The translations under genes and the position numbers were made by a program. Shown here one piece after another: positions 1 to 8,437 of a stretch of DNA of 40,774 nucleotides. Every line of letters begins with the position of its first letter. Position 1 is the first letter of the stretch. This DNA is from a virus (Duplodnaviria; Caudoviricetes): positions 1-40,774 of IMG/VR virus record IMGVR_UViG_3300017903_002336; one strand, written 5' to 3'. Below the pieces are notes generated by a model that was given only the letters and a program-made list of their open reading frames with translations, had not been told where the DNA came from and did no database searches.

Positions 1-4
1 CAAA

Positions 5-1009
5 TCACTTAAGGGATTCGACAGCAGCAAGTGCCTTTTGACGAAGTCCTTCAGGAAGAGGAACATAACCAAGACCATCAGCCTTTTGCTGTTGGGTAGG
101 AGTCAACGCATAACGAAGAACTTCTTTCACATTTTCATTCTTCTCATACTCAGGATATGCAAGAATCCAGGTCAGAGAAACGATAGGATATGCATTTGCA
201 CCAGCAGGGTTTGCATCAGCACCACGAAGTTGATCATCGAGAACAATCTCACCAAGACCAGCAGATGCGGTCTCTGCAGATGCCTTCACAAAGTTACCAG
301 CACGATTTTGAAGAGCAGGTTGTTGGAGTTTGCCGTTCTTCACAAAACCATAGTTTACATAACCCAGAGCACCATCACTATTTTGAATGGTAGCAGCAAC
401 ACCAGAGTTACCTTTAGAACCAACACCAGTAGGCCACTTCACTGCCTTTCCTGTACCAACAGTGTCTCTCCACTCAGGGGAGAAAGCAGAAAGGGAGTTA
501 GTGAATCCTTTGGTAGTTCCAGAACCATCAGAACGATGAACAATAGTAATTGGCTTATCATCACAACCAAAAGCAGACCAGTTATTAATCTTACCCAAGA
601 AGGCATCAGCCAGTTGAGTTTGGGTCATTCGTGCATCACAACCAGGATTGTTGTAGGCAGGAACAATAGCACCACCAGTCATGGGGATGTGAACCATACC
701 TTCAGCAGGTTGCTTCTTATCACTTACAGCACCATCAGATGCACCAAAGTCAACAGTCTTTGCTTTGAACTGACGGACACCAGCACCACTACCAACTGCT
801 TGATAGTTGACTTCATTGCCAGTATCCTGAGCAAAGGATTGGAACCATGCAGTATAAAGTGATGCAGGGAAAGATGCACCAGCACCATTCAATGTAAACT
901 TTTCTTCTGCTTTCTCACCACCACCAAACCACCAGAAGGCATTAGCAGCAGGAACAGCAGTAATAGCAGCAGCACCCAGTGCTGCTGCAATGAGGAGGGT
1001 CTTTTTCAT
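5..1009 (-). CDS. pstS: Phosphate ABC transporter substrate-binding protein PstS
   Basis: Signal peptide, GAGASFP, YQAVGSGAG, DFGASD, RSDGSGTT and YPI motifs; start set at MKKTLL. Confidence 0.97.
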   Translation of the reverse strand: MKKTLLIAAALGAAAITAVPAANAFWWFGGGEKAEEKFTLNGAGASFPASLYTAWFQSFAQDTGNEVNYQAVGSGAGVRQFKAKTVDFGASDGAVSDKKQPAEGMVHIPMTGGAIVPAYNNPGCDARMTQTQLADAFLGKINNWSAFGCDDKPITIVHRSDGSGTTKGFTNSLSAFSPEWRDTVGTGKAVKWPTGVGSKGNSGVAATIQNSDGALGYVNYGFVKNGKLQQPALQNRAGNFVKASAETASAGLGEIVLDDQLRGADANPAGANAYPIVSLTWILAYPEYEKNENVKEVLRYALTPTQQQKADGLGYVPLPEGLRQKALAAVESLK

Positions 1010-1027
1010 TTTTTTTATCAATTACGA

Positions 1028-1387
1028 TCAGAACTTGTACTTAGTACCAACTTCAACTTTCCAATCACGAGTGGAATCTTCTTGGAAGAAGTTTTCAAAC
1101 TTACCATATGCACCGAAGTTATCAGTAATCTTTACCTTAGAACCAACTTCAACGACGGTGAAGGTCTCACTATCACCAGCATCAGGAGTGCTAAAACCTG
1201 CACCACCCTCGACGTAAGGACTGAACATACCAGTCTTCCATTCGTAACCAATACGTGCTTGGTTCTTTGCTCCCTTATAATCGTCATCAGTTCCTTTGAA
1301 CTCAGATTTGGTCTCTACATATGGACCTGCAAGTGCAGGTGTCGCCAGTGCAGATAATGCCAGTGCGGCAAGTGCGATTGCTTTCAT
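1028..1387 (-). CDS. Small outer-membrane beta-barrel-like protein (DUF680/PhCOG173-like)
   Basis: Signal peptide ending ALA-GPYVE, amphipathic strands, terminal KYKF; directly upstream of pstS; start set at MKAIAL. Confidence 0.75.
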   Translation of the reverse strand: MKAIALAALALSALATPALAGPYVETKSEFKGTDDDYKGAKNQARIGYEWKTGMFSPYVEGGAGFSTPDAGDSETFTVVEVGSKVKITDNFGAYGKFENFFQEDSTRDWKVEVGTKYKF

Positions 1388-1460
1388 TTCTAATTCCTTT
1401 TTGTAATGTTTATGGCTGTCCTTTGAAGACCTTTTAACTATAACACAGATGTCAAATCCT

Positions 1461-1490
1461 GTATTTAAGATCAAGTTAAATTGATTTAAT
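1461..1490 (-). promoter_or_regulatory. Pho-box-like repeats and extended -10 for the barrel-pstS operon
   Basis: Minus strand aTTAAatcaatTTAActtgatcTTAAatac (10 and 11 nt spacing), then TGtTATAGT; second TTAA pair 11 nt apart at about 1518-1532. Confidence 0.7.
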
Positions 1491-1609
1491 AGAACAAACC
1501 TTCGTATATAGAGGAGTTTAATCTCAATTTAACATTACATTTTCTTGACAACATAACAATCACCAAGTAGAATGGGCTTGTCCCGGAAGATAAGGATACT
1601 TTAAGTTCT

Positions 1610-1765
1610 TTAGAGACGAAACTCGTTGATATAATCTAAGACCTTATTTAAGTATTCATCTGCAAGATATTTACTCTCTGTTTTTGCTTCTCTACTTTTG
1701 AGTTCATCTTTTAATCGATAGACCCTTGACAAGATATCATTTCTTGTAAGTTGACCTGTTGGCAT
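1610..1765 (-). CDS. Small hypothetical protein (51 aa, MPTGQLTRND...)
   Basis: Read manually; below ORF-track cutoff; starts just after the stop of 1770..2021. Confidence 0.7.
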   Translation of the reverse strand: MPTGQLTRNDILSRVYRLKDELKSREAKTESKYLADEYLNKVLDYINEFRL

Positions 1766-1769
1766 AATA

Positions 1770-2021
1770 TCACTTTGGTAAATTTTGATCTAAGAACCTG
1801 GCTCTTTTCTCCCAGGTATCTTTCTCTCCATATATATGACCCTTTTTATGTTCTGGATTTATACAATCAGGAGACTCAACCAAACTACAGACGAGGTTAG
1901 ATAAGGTTTTATTATCTCCAACACAACCAGTCCTCCAGATATGTTGTCCATTTAGCCACACTGCTCCACATTTAGGACATTCTTTTCTTTCCATATTCAA
2001 TTCGGAAAAATCTTTATCCAA
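1770..2021 (-). CDS. Hypothetical protein with CxxC and further Cys
   Basis: ECPKCGAVW plus three more Cys; fits gene packing. Confidence 0.7.
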   Translation of the reverse strand: MDKDFSELNMERKECPKCGAVWLNGQHIWRTGCVGDNKTLSNLVCSLVESPDCINPEHKKGHIYGEKDTWEKRARFLDQNLPK

Positions 2022-2094
2022 TTTTAATTCAAATAGATTTAAATATTTACAATTTTAATATTCTCATAATATTCTTTTAAAGAAGATAAAGATT

Positions 2095-2101
2095 CTAAAT
2101 A
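2095..2101 (+). promoter_or_regulatory. T4-type late promoter variant (CTAAATA)
   Basis: TAAATA core about 24 nt before the ATG at 2125. Confidence 0.5.
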
Positions 2102-2124
2102 TTGGTGTTATCAACTTAAAGGAT

Positions 2125-2619
2125 ATGAAAAAAGTTTTCATTACCTTTGGTATGTTATTGATGACTGCCGGCACAGCTAAGGCAGATCTTACTTCAAGAT
2201 TATCTACAAGTGTTCAGTTGACTGTAGATAGTCCTTCAGTTACTACAGAGAGGATTGGTAGTAGTTATTCAGTTACAGGAAACAATATTACAGCAAGTAC
2301 AACAGGTGGTCTTGGAGCCTTTAGTAGTGGTTCTGCTCCAGGTTATACTCCTACCTCATACTCTTTAACAACTGATGGTAATGCATTCTCCTTTGTAGAA
2401 GGTTACATCGAAGGTGATTCAATTACTTCATCACAGGCAACTCTAAGTAGTGGTCAGTTCACTGCACCTGTTCTTCAGGGACAATCAACAACATTTACTG
2501 GCGGTACTGCAGGAGACCTAGCAGGTACTATCAATAGTTCCGGTGCAGTTACTCTGACCGCAGGTGGTGCTGGTACTTCAGCAACAGGACAGTTCGTATC
2601 CGAAATTACTATAGACTGA
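2125..2619 (+). CDS. Secreted Gly/Ser/Thr-rich beta protein, subunit 1
   Basis: Signal peptide ending AKA; no Cys; stop overlaps next start. Confidence 0.85.
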   Translation: MKKVFITFGMLLMTAGTAKADLTSRLSTSVQLTVDSPSVTTERIGSSYSVTGNNITASTTGGLGAFSSGSAPGYTPTSYSLTTDGNAFSFVEGYIEGDSITSSQATLSSGQFTAPVLQGQSTTFTGGTAGDLAGTINSSGAVTLTAGGAGTSATGQFVSEITID

Positions 2620-3062
2620 TGAATAGATTACAAGAAGCAATTGGACTTGGATTGATTCTTGGAGTAATTCATGGAATGGTACAACCTGTGCATAGTGTTC
2701 CGGTTGTACCAAACTTTACTCAAGGTTCTTTGACAAGTCGTACAGAGACTACATCAAACGTAAGTGAGACAATTAATTCAGTGGACTTCAACACTGGATA
2801 TCAATATTCAGCAACAGGTTCTGGAATTACAGTTGATGGTGATTTATCTCCCGGAACTGGAGAGACTCAAGTGACTATCAATGGGGTGACATCTACTTGG
2901 ACTGGTGTGACTTCTAAACCTTCATTTTCTCAAACAACACCAGGTGGTGCTTTTCAGTTTACTGAAACTTATTTTGGCCCTGGACTGAGTAATCAGACAA
3001 TCATTCAAAGGAATACAGAAATAAAATCTGTTACAGATTCAGTATCAATCTTCACCCAGTGA
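2619..3062 (+). CDS. Secreted Thr-rich beta protein, subunit 2 (paralog of 2125..2619)
   Basis: Hydrophobic N-terminus; shares G..YS.TG..IT and S.TT.G.AF.F.E.Y motifs with upstream gene. Confidence 0.85.
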   Translation: MNRLQEAIGLGLILGVIHGMVQPVHSVPVVPNFTQGSLTSRTETTSNVSETINSVDFNTGYQYSATGSGITVDGDLSPGTGETQVTINGVTSTWTGVTSKPSFSQTTPGGAFQFTETYFGPGLSNQTIIQRNTEIKSVTDSVSIFTQ

Positions 3063-3067
3063 TAAGT

Positions 3068-3838
3068 ATGAAAAAATTATTCTTCATTCCATTAATTTTA
3101 AGTGCGTTTACTCCTTCTACATCTTTGGCTCAAGAAATTGGTGGTGTGAGTGCCACAGCTTCTCCTGTTGCTAATTCGAGTGGAAGTGTTACCAATCAAG
3201 CAATTCAAGTATTACAAGGACCATATATCACAAACACATATGGTGGAGGGATTCAATGTCAGGGTCCTACTCTCAACATCACACCATTTGTAACTGGTTC
3301 GGTATCTGCACAAAAACCATTTGAACCATTTTTTGATGATCCTGTTTATGATGTAACTGATAACTTTGGTGCCTTTGATGAAGATGGAAGACCAATTGGT
3401 GATGGCATCCTAGACAATCCAGGAGACGTGATCTTCTTTAAGAGGACTAGAACTGGTCAAAAAGATAATTACAACCTCTCTCTGGGGGTCTCAGCCACCT
3501 TATCAAGACCAACTGATAGAAAGTTGCAAGAACAATGTAAAGAAGCTGCAGCAACTCAAATCGCTTTTCAACAACAAGTCACTGCAAATAAAAGATTAGA
3601 TTTTGAAATCGCCAGACTTAAGAACTGTGGAGAGCTCAAGAAACAGGGTATTTATTTCCACCCCAAGTCTCCATATTATAAAGTGTGTGCGGATGTGGTT
3701 GTTACAAATCCCGGTGGTGTCATTCCCCCACATACCCATTCTATCCCTTCCCCTTCAAAGTACGAACCGCGTGAGAGTAACTCCGCTGTTGATCTCGGCG
3801 CTCCTTTACAGATAAGATCTCAGACTCCTTCCCCCTGA
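3068..3838 (+). CDS. Secreted protein with beta-hairpin and helical region, possible outer-membrane channel subunit
   Basis: Signal peptide MKKLFF...SLA; four Cys; function is inference only. Confidence 0.8.
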   Translation: MKKLFFIPLILSAFTPSTSLAQEIGGVSATASPVANSSGSVTNQAIQVLQGPYITNTYGGGIQCQGPTLNITPFVTGSVSAQKPFEPFFDDPVYDVTDNFGAFDEDGRPIGDGILDNPGDVIFFKRTRTGQKDNYNLSLGVSATLSRPTDRKLQEQCKEAAATQIAFQQQVTANKRLDFEIARLKNCGELKKQGIYFHPKSPYYKVCADVVVTNPGGVIPPHTHSIPSPSKYEPRESNSAVDLGAPLQIRSQTPSP

Positions 3839-4496
3839 GTTTATTAATCTTTACTAATATTTTCTTTACCACTGGTTTGACTACTTTAAGTAGTAAGTCT
3901 GCCAGTGGTTTTGCCATGATTGCAGATGATGTAGCGACTACTGCAATTCCACTTGTCGTCATGACTTGACCCCCAGAGGGGAGACCAGCGATGATTTGTT
4001 TTGGTAAAGGCACATCTTCAGTTATCTGTATACACTCTTGTCCTATGAGTTGATATTGGATAACTTTTTTTCTGAATCCTTCAATAAAAGTTCCCACCGG
4101 TTCTTTAGACTCTTGTGCCGGTGTCGGACAAGAGACTTGAGTTGGTATGACTGGTGGTTTAACTGGTGGTATATCTTGAACTATATTTTCTGGTGATGGT
4201 GGTTTTACTGGTTGCAATTTTGCAGGTTCAGTAGGTATTACTTCCCGTGGTTCAAAGCGAATAGGATTAAAACTAGGGACGCCAGAATCGCAAAGCGTAA
4301 GTACTCCTCTTTTGTCATCTTCCGGTAAACTCTTGTTGTTTGATTCGTAGGCTTCTACACAACCTGGTAAATCAACTACAGGAAGACCGAGATTTAATGT
4401 GACAGGTGGTGCGGGAGGAATTGAAATTGATGGATTATTAAAATTATATCTGGGGATTTCAACCGATCTTATTCCTATCTTCGGTATATCAATCAT
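3741..4496 (-). CDS. Pro-rich hypothetical protein with Cys pairs and late hydrophobic segment
   Basis: 251-aa ORF; overlaps the convergent plus-strand gene by 98 nt. Confidence 0.8.
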   Translation of the reverse strand: MIDIPKIGIRSVEIPRYNFNNPSISIPPAPPVTLNLGLPVVDLPGCVEAYESNNKSLPEDDKRGVLTLCDSGVPSFNPIRFEPREVIPTEPAKLQPVKPPSPENIVQDIPPVKPPVIPTQVSCPTPAQESKEPVGTFIEGFRKKVIQYQLIGQECIQITEDVPLPKQIIAGLPSGGQVMTTSGIAVVATSSAIMAKPLADLLLKVVKPVVKKILVKINKLRGKESEILSVKERRDQQRSYSHAVRTLKGKG

Positions 4497-4602
4497 CTTT
4501 AAAAAGATTTGCTATTGCTGTAAAGGCAGAATGAAATGCAACATATAAAAAGAAAGTGTTTTCCGTGTCCTTTCTTTTTTTCTTTTTAGATGTAATAGTC
4601 AT
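4489..4602 (-). CDS. Small basic membrane peptide (37 aa, MTITSKKKKRK...)
   Basis: Read manually; TAAATA core upstream; stop overlaps next start. Confidence 0.55.
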   Translation of the reverse strand: MTITSKKKKRKDTENTFFLYVAFHSAFTAIANLFKDD

Positions 4603-4649
4603 TGCATTCTGCAGAACAACGTAGTTATTTACCACGTTTCACCAAACTC

Positions 4650-4895
4650 TCATAAATTATCAAAGTTTGGTGTTGAAGGTAACACATCACCAGTATTTTT
4701 TGGTAACTCTGGTAACGAAGAGTCAATTAAAGTTGGTAATAATTCCTTGACTGAATCAGAGACTCCATTAATTAATTGAGTCTTCACATTATTGATAATA
4801 TTTTCTTTCTCAACAAAAACGGTCGTACCACCTACAACAACTGCAAGTGATACGAGACCTGATAATAATGCTATGACATTTACAATCTTTTGCAT
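4650..4895 (-). CDS. Hypothetical protein with N-terminal transmembrane helix
   Basis: Hydrophobic residues 4-28, Pro-rich tail. Confidence 0.75.
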   Translation of the reverse strand: MQKIVNVIALLSGLVSLAVVVGGTTVFVEKENIINNVKTQLINGVSDSVKELLPTLIDSSLPELPKNTGDVLPSTPNFDNL

Positions 4896-5005
4896 TTTTT
4901 GTTGTGTATCTTATCTATCTATTATTCTGAAAAAATAGAAAGAAAGAAAAGAAATACACCCCATAAACAAACCATAAGTATAAGTATTAATTCACCTTGC
5001 ATATA

Positions 5006-5311
5006 TCAATCTTTTCTCACATTAATTGTAGATTGTACTGGTGGTTCTTCTTCTTTTTTCTTTTGTTGTGCAGCTCCACCTGCCTTTGCTGGTGACAATC
5101 CAAATGCTGCTAAGGATCCAGAGAATACTGAAGCAATAAATGTAGGATCAAAATCTAAAATCTTTTGACCATTAGGGAGTCTCACATAACTGAATGTGAG
5201 AAGAGAAGCAGACCAAATAAGCACAACAACTTTCACCAAATTACCAAGTACCTCATTCTTATCCTCATCATGATCTTTTTCTTCTACCTTTGCCTTTGAC
5301 TTTCCAAACAT
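5006..5311 (-). CDS. Two-TM hypothetical membrane protein
   Basis: Two hydrophobic segments, charged termini; CTAAATA upstream. Confidence 0.8.
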   Translation of the reverse strand: MFGKSKAKVEEKDHDEDKNEVLGNLVKVVVLIWSASLLTFSYVRLPNGQKILDFDPTFIASVFSGSLAAFGLSPAKAGGAAQQKKKEEEPPVQSTINVRKD

Positions 5312-5339
5312 CGGTAAAAATCTATTTTTAAATATTTAG

Positions 5340-5367
5340 AAAAAAAGGAAGGTGTTAGACACCTTCC
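5340..5367 (-). terminator. Rho-independent terminator
   Basis: 9-bp stem GGAAGGTGT/ACACCTTCC followed by T-run on the minus strand. Confidence 0.8.
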
Positions 5368-5492
5368 ATAACAGGACTTAATAACCCATCATCTGGTCCA
5401 TTGTCATCGTCGTGTGGGTCATCCAATAACCAAGAGATTACTCCAACCAATGCAATACCTGAAAAAATCTGTAAGATTAATTCAGTTGTCAT
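5355..5492 (-). CDS. Small single-TM protein with acidic tail (45 aa, MTTELIL...)
   Basis: Start overlaps hli stop; one TM then DDPHDDDNGPDDG. Confidence 0.65.
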   Translation of the reverse strand: MTTELILQIFSGIALVGVISWLLDDPHDDDNGPDDGLLSPVMEGV

Positions 5493-5599
5493 CACCATAC
5501 GCCTGGAATGATTTGACCGGTCAGTGCATATGCACCCATTGCTGCTACGACACCGAGCATTGCTGCCCAACCATTAATACGTTCTGCGTTTTCGTTCAT
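5492..5599 (-). CDS. hli: High-light-inducible protein (35 aa)
   Basis: MNENAERINGWAAMLG chlorophyll-binding motif and TGQIIPGVW tail; GGAG RBS; absent from ORF track. Confidence 0.95.
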   Translation of the reverse strand: MNENAERINGWAAMLGVVAAMGAYALTGQIIPGVW

Positions 5600-5623
5600 T
5601 GTTTTTCTCCTATTTTTTGTAAA

Positions 5624-5917
5624 TTAAAGATTCTCTTCTTGTTCAGTTAGAATTACACAATCACTTGTGGGGTATGCAACACATGTGAGTACGTAACCCT
5701 CTTCAATTTGTTCATCATCAAGAAATGACTGTTCTTCATTGTCCACAGTTCCACTGATAACTTTACCAGCACATGTCGAACATGCACCAGCCCTACAGGA
5801 GTAAGGAAGGTCCACACCAGCATCTTCTGCTGCCTCAAGGATGTATTGATCATCAGCACACTCAAACTTTGATTCTGTACCGTCTGATGATTGAAGAGTG
5901 ATGTTATAAGTTGCCAT
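5624..5917 (-). CDS. petF: Plant-type [2Fe-2S] ferredoxin
   Basis: [13 protein letters not shown] and LTCVAYP motifs. Confidence 0.97.
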   Translation of the reverse strand: MATYNITLQSSDGTESKFECADDQYILEAAEDAGVDLPYSCRAGACSTCAGKVISGTVDNEEQSFLDDEQIEEGYVLTCVAYPTSDCVILTEQEENL

Positions 5918-6003
5918 TAGAAAGTTTCTGAAAGTTGTTCTACGGAATACGCCAGTAATACGAACATGGCGATACTAGTGATTGTAAAGATTGTTGGTGC
6001 CAT
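5917..6003 (-). CDS. Small hydrophobic peptide (28 aa, MAPTIFTI...)
   Basis: Fills the hli-petF gap; stop overlaps petF ATG. Confidence 0.55.
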   Translation of the reverse strand: MAPTIFTITSIAMFVLLAYSVEQLSETF

Positions 6004-6015
6004 TGTCAATAAATG

Positions 6016-6234
6016 TCAGATTCCAAACACACCAAAGAAGAAAACACTACCGGATGTTGCATAAGATACAATTGCTGCGATAAATCCCAACATTGCTGTG
6101 CGTCCATTCAATTTTTCAGCCTTTTCAGCATAGGTTTCATAACCATATCGTTCTGCATCAGTTTTAGAAATATACATTTGTGGTTCACGAGCGAACATGT
6201 TTTGGCGTCCACCATCCTCAGTAGTGACAGTCAT
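6016..6234 (-). CDS. hli: High-light-inducible protein with N-terminal extension
   Basis: AEKLNGRTAMLGF motif; N-terminal EDGGRQNMFAREP extension. Confidence 0.93.
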   Translation of the reverse strand: MTVTTEDGGRQNMFAREPQMYISKTDAERYGYETYAEKAEKLNGRTAMLGFIAAIVSYATSGSVFFFGVFGI

Positions 6235-6247
6235 TCTTTCCTCCTTT

Positions 6248-6291
6248 GTTAAGTATTGTTACAGTATATATAATTCCTTTACATTTGTCAA
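6248..6291 (-). promoter_or_regulatory. Sigma70-type promoter of hli-petF operon with HLR1-like repeats
   Basis: TTGACA-17nt-TATACT; plus strand GTTAAGTA, GTTACAGT, TTTACATT at 6248, 6258, 6278. Confidence 0.8.
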
Positions 6292-6296
6292 GGGAC

Positions 6297-6322
6297 AAAA
6301 AAAGGGAGTCGTTTTGACTCCC
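6297..6322 (-). terminator. Rho-independent terminator
   Basis: GGGAGTC-5nt-GACTCCC followed by T7. Confidence 0.9.
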
Positions 6323-6343
6323 TCACAAATATCAAGTTAGAAC

Positions 6344-6715
6344 TCAGAAGGAGTACTTGATACCAAGCTTACCAGCAGTGTTCAGTTCATCGAAGTCCTG
6401 ATCTGCAGTGAGGATTGCCAGTTCACCATAGACACCCAGTTCTTCGGTGATACCGACATAACCACCGATCTCAGCGGTGAATTCGGTTTCGCTCTCTTCA
6501 CCATCAACTGCAACGATTGCAGGACCGGCTTCAACATACCAGGAAGCCATTTCACCAGCAGAACCTTCATAACCGACTTGGAACTCGGTTACTGCACCGG
6601 TGTAATCATCACCAGCCCAACCTGCATTGGTTTCGACTTTGGCATATGGACCTGCAAAAGCAGCACCGGCGGACATGGACAGAGCAGCAACTGCTGCGAA
6701 TACAGATTTGATCAT
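6344..6715 (-). CDS. Small outer-membrane beta-barrel-like protein, paralog of 1028..1387
   Basis: Signal peptide AFA-GPY, DDY.GA, GYE, YVE.G, YG, terminal KYSF. Confidence 0.8.
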   Translation of the reverse strand: MIKSVFAAVAALSMSAGAAFAGPYAKVETNAGWAGDDYTGAVTEFQVGYEGSAGEMASWYVEAGPAIVAVDGEESETEFTAEIGGYVGITEELGVYGELAILTADQDFDELNTAGKLGIKYSF

Positions 6716-6822
6716 TTGAATTACCTTAAGTTACTTGCGGATTCTCACCGCAGATGAATGGGACTCGACTTGTCCCTATATTACCAATTGTTACTTTAAT
6801 TACTTAAAGACAAAAGGTGATT

Positions 6823-6830
6823 TATTTATA
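6823..6830 (-). promoter_or_regulatory. T4 late promoter TATAAATA
   Basis: Exact consensus in intergenic DNA. Confidence 0.75.
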
Positions 6831-6852
6831 ATAATGGGTGACGATGGTTTTA

Positions 6853-7641
6853 TCAACCCTGTTCTGATGAGGGATTTGAAATCCTACCTAGGTAGGGATC
6901 AAAGTTCATTAAGTTTTCAATCTCCATTTGTGCTCCTATATTAGACCAATAATTGAATTGAGCTTGGAAATTGCTCTTATGGAATACCTCCACATGGTCT
7001 TGGTGAATACTAGATTCAAATTCAACCCTATACAATAACAATGGAATTGCATATGTATTACCTGAGTTGTAGATAAGGTCATCTGCAACTGGTCTTGGTC
7101 TTACATCATTATCAAGTTTGTATTTGTCACCTCTACAATGAAGTCTGATAAGTTTTTCTGCATGATGTCTTGTGATGATATAACATGCAGTTGAGAAGTC
7201 ATTTACAAACCTTTTATGGATTCTGACATGAACATCTCCAGTACAAATGATTGAAAGTTGAACAACATCCCAATCATAGGGAATCCTACTAAAAAAATCT
7301 TTCCAAGTAAAGTTCCAAAATCTGACTAGATCAAGATTACAATCATCTTCCATCATGATTGCGTATGGTTCACCACTCTCATAAAATTGTTTGATAGCAT
7401 TGAGGTGAGAGGTAACACAACCAATCTCCCCTGGTGAACACATGTCAGGGTATCTACCCTTCAGAATGTGTCCTAGATCATCATCACGACCATCATAAGC
7501 AGACACACGAGTATAATTATCAATCTCCCAGTACTTAAACTGATTCTCCATGTATTCCCATCTATCAGGTTGTCCATCAAGATTAATACAATAGACCTTT
7601 GGAAGACCTTTAAGTTTGTATACTGCTTTGTTTTTATCCAT
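6853..7641 (-). CDS. Glycosyltransferase family 25
   Basis: YCINLD...R, GEIGCVTSH, MMEDD, STACYII. Confidence 0.9.
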   Translation of the reverse strand: MDKNKAVYKLKGLPKVYCINLDGQPDRWEYMENQFKYWEIDNYTRVSAYDGRDDDLGHILKGRYPDMCSPGEIGCVTSHLNAIKQFYESGEPYAIMMEDDCNLDLVRFWNFTWKDFFSRIPYDWDVVQLSIICTGDVHVRIHKRFVNDFSTACYIITRHHAEKLIRLHCRGDKYKLDNDVRPRPVADDLIYNSGNTYAIPLLLYRVEFESSIHQDHVEVFHKSNFQAQFNYWSNIGAQMEIENLMNFDPYLGRISNPSSEQG

Positions 7642-8437
7642 TATCAATAATCTCCCAGTGTTCTGGATACAAATCTTGAGTATTTAAGTGTGCATTATTA
7701 GGACCAAACCATTTAGAAGGAGCAATTACTCTTCCACAGTTTCCTAACCATGCTCCCCACCATGAGAAGGTAGAGTTTGCAATGATAAAATCACTACACT
7801 GTGTCATCATGTACAAATCATGATAGGAACTATTCCCCTCAGACAGAAGGAATCTATCAGGTTGAAATAGTTCTTGAGAACTTGCCCAGAATATATCATC
7901 AGAAAATAAAATTACTTCTCGGTCTGGAGCAAATTTACTTAGTGCTTTTTCATAGTAATCCAATGAGAGATTGTGGTGATTACTAGAGTTGATTAGAAAG
8001 TCTCCCCTACGAATATGTAATGCAATGGGTCCTTTATCAAATATCTCATCAACAATAGGTTCGCATTCTCCTTGAATAGTGGAGTTGAAAGTAAATTCCT
8101 GACGGATTTCATCTTCAATATGTTTGAAGTATTTCTCAGACTGAAAAAATCCAAACAAACTTACATTGTCTGGACATTTTTCAAACAGTTCTTTATTGAA
8201 TTCGAACCCCTGTTCATGTACAACTGACCCCCCCACAATACCTCTTTTTGAAGTAATTGTAAAGGGGTTATCTAATTCAATCTTGAGTAGGTTACCGATT
8301 CCATCATTAAAGACTTCCTCATGATCAGGAACACACATATCGTATCCATGTTTAGTTGCGATACCTTTTGTCGCAGCATACTGGAACATTTGATTTCCTA
8401 ACTGTCCAGCCTTACCAAGATAATCAAATCCAATCAT
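7634..8437 (-). CDS. GT11 alpha-1,2-fucosyltransferase-like
   Basis: GQLGNQMFQYA, GFFQSEKYF, HIRRGD, NSTFSWWGAW. Confidence 0.93.
   Translation of the reverse strand: MIGFDYLGKAGQLGNQMFQYAATKGIATKHGYDMCVPDHEEVFNDGIGNLLKIELDNPFTITSKRGIVGGSVVHEQGFEFNKELFEKCPDNVSLFGFFQSEKYFKHIEDEIRQEFTFNSTIQGECEPIVDEIFDKGPIALHIRRGDFLINSSNHHNLSLDYYEKALSKFAPDREVILFSDDIFWASSQELFQPDRFLLSEGNSSYHDLYMMTQCSDFIIANSTFSWWGAWLGNCGRVIAPSKWFGPNNAHLNTQDLYPEHWEIIDNG

Noticed and set aside
38-862. 274-aa plus-strand ORF
   Set aside because: Antisense shadow of pstS; no motifs
5355-5570. 71-aa ORF as listed in the track
   Set aside because: Its 5' part is an alternative frame of the 35-aa hli gene; real start is near 5492
6780-6794. 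Possible NtcA site upstream of the second barrel gene
   Set aside because: Reads GTA-N8-TAA, not GTA-N8-TAC
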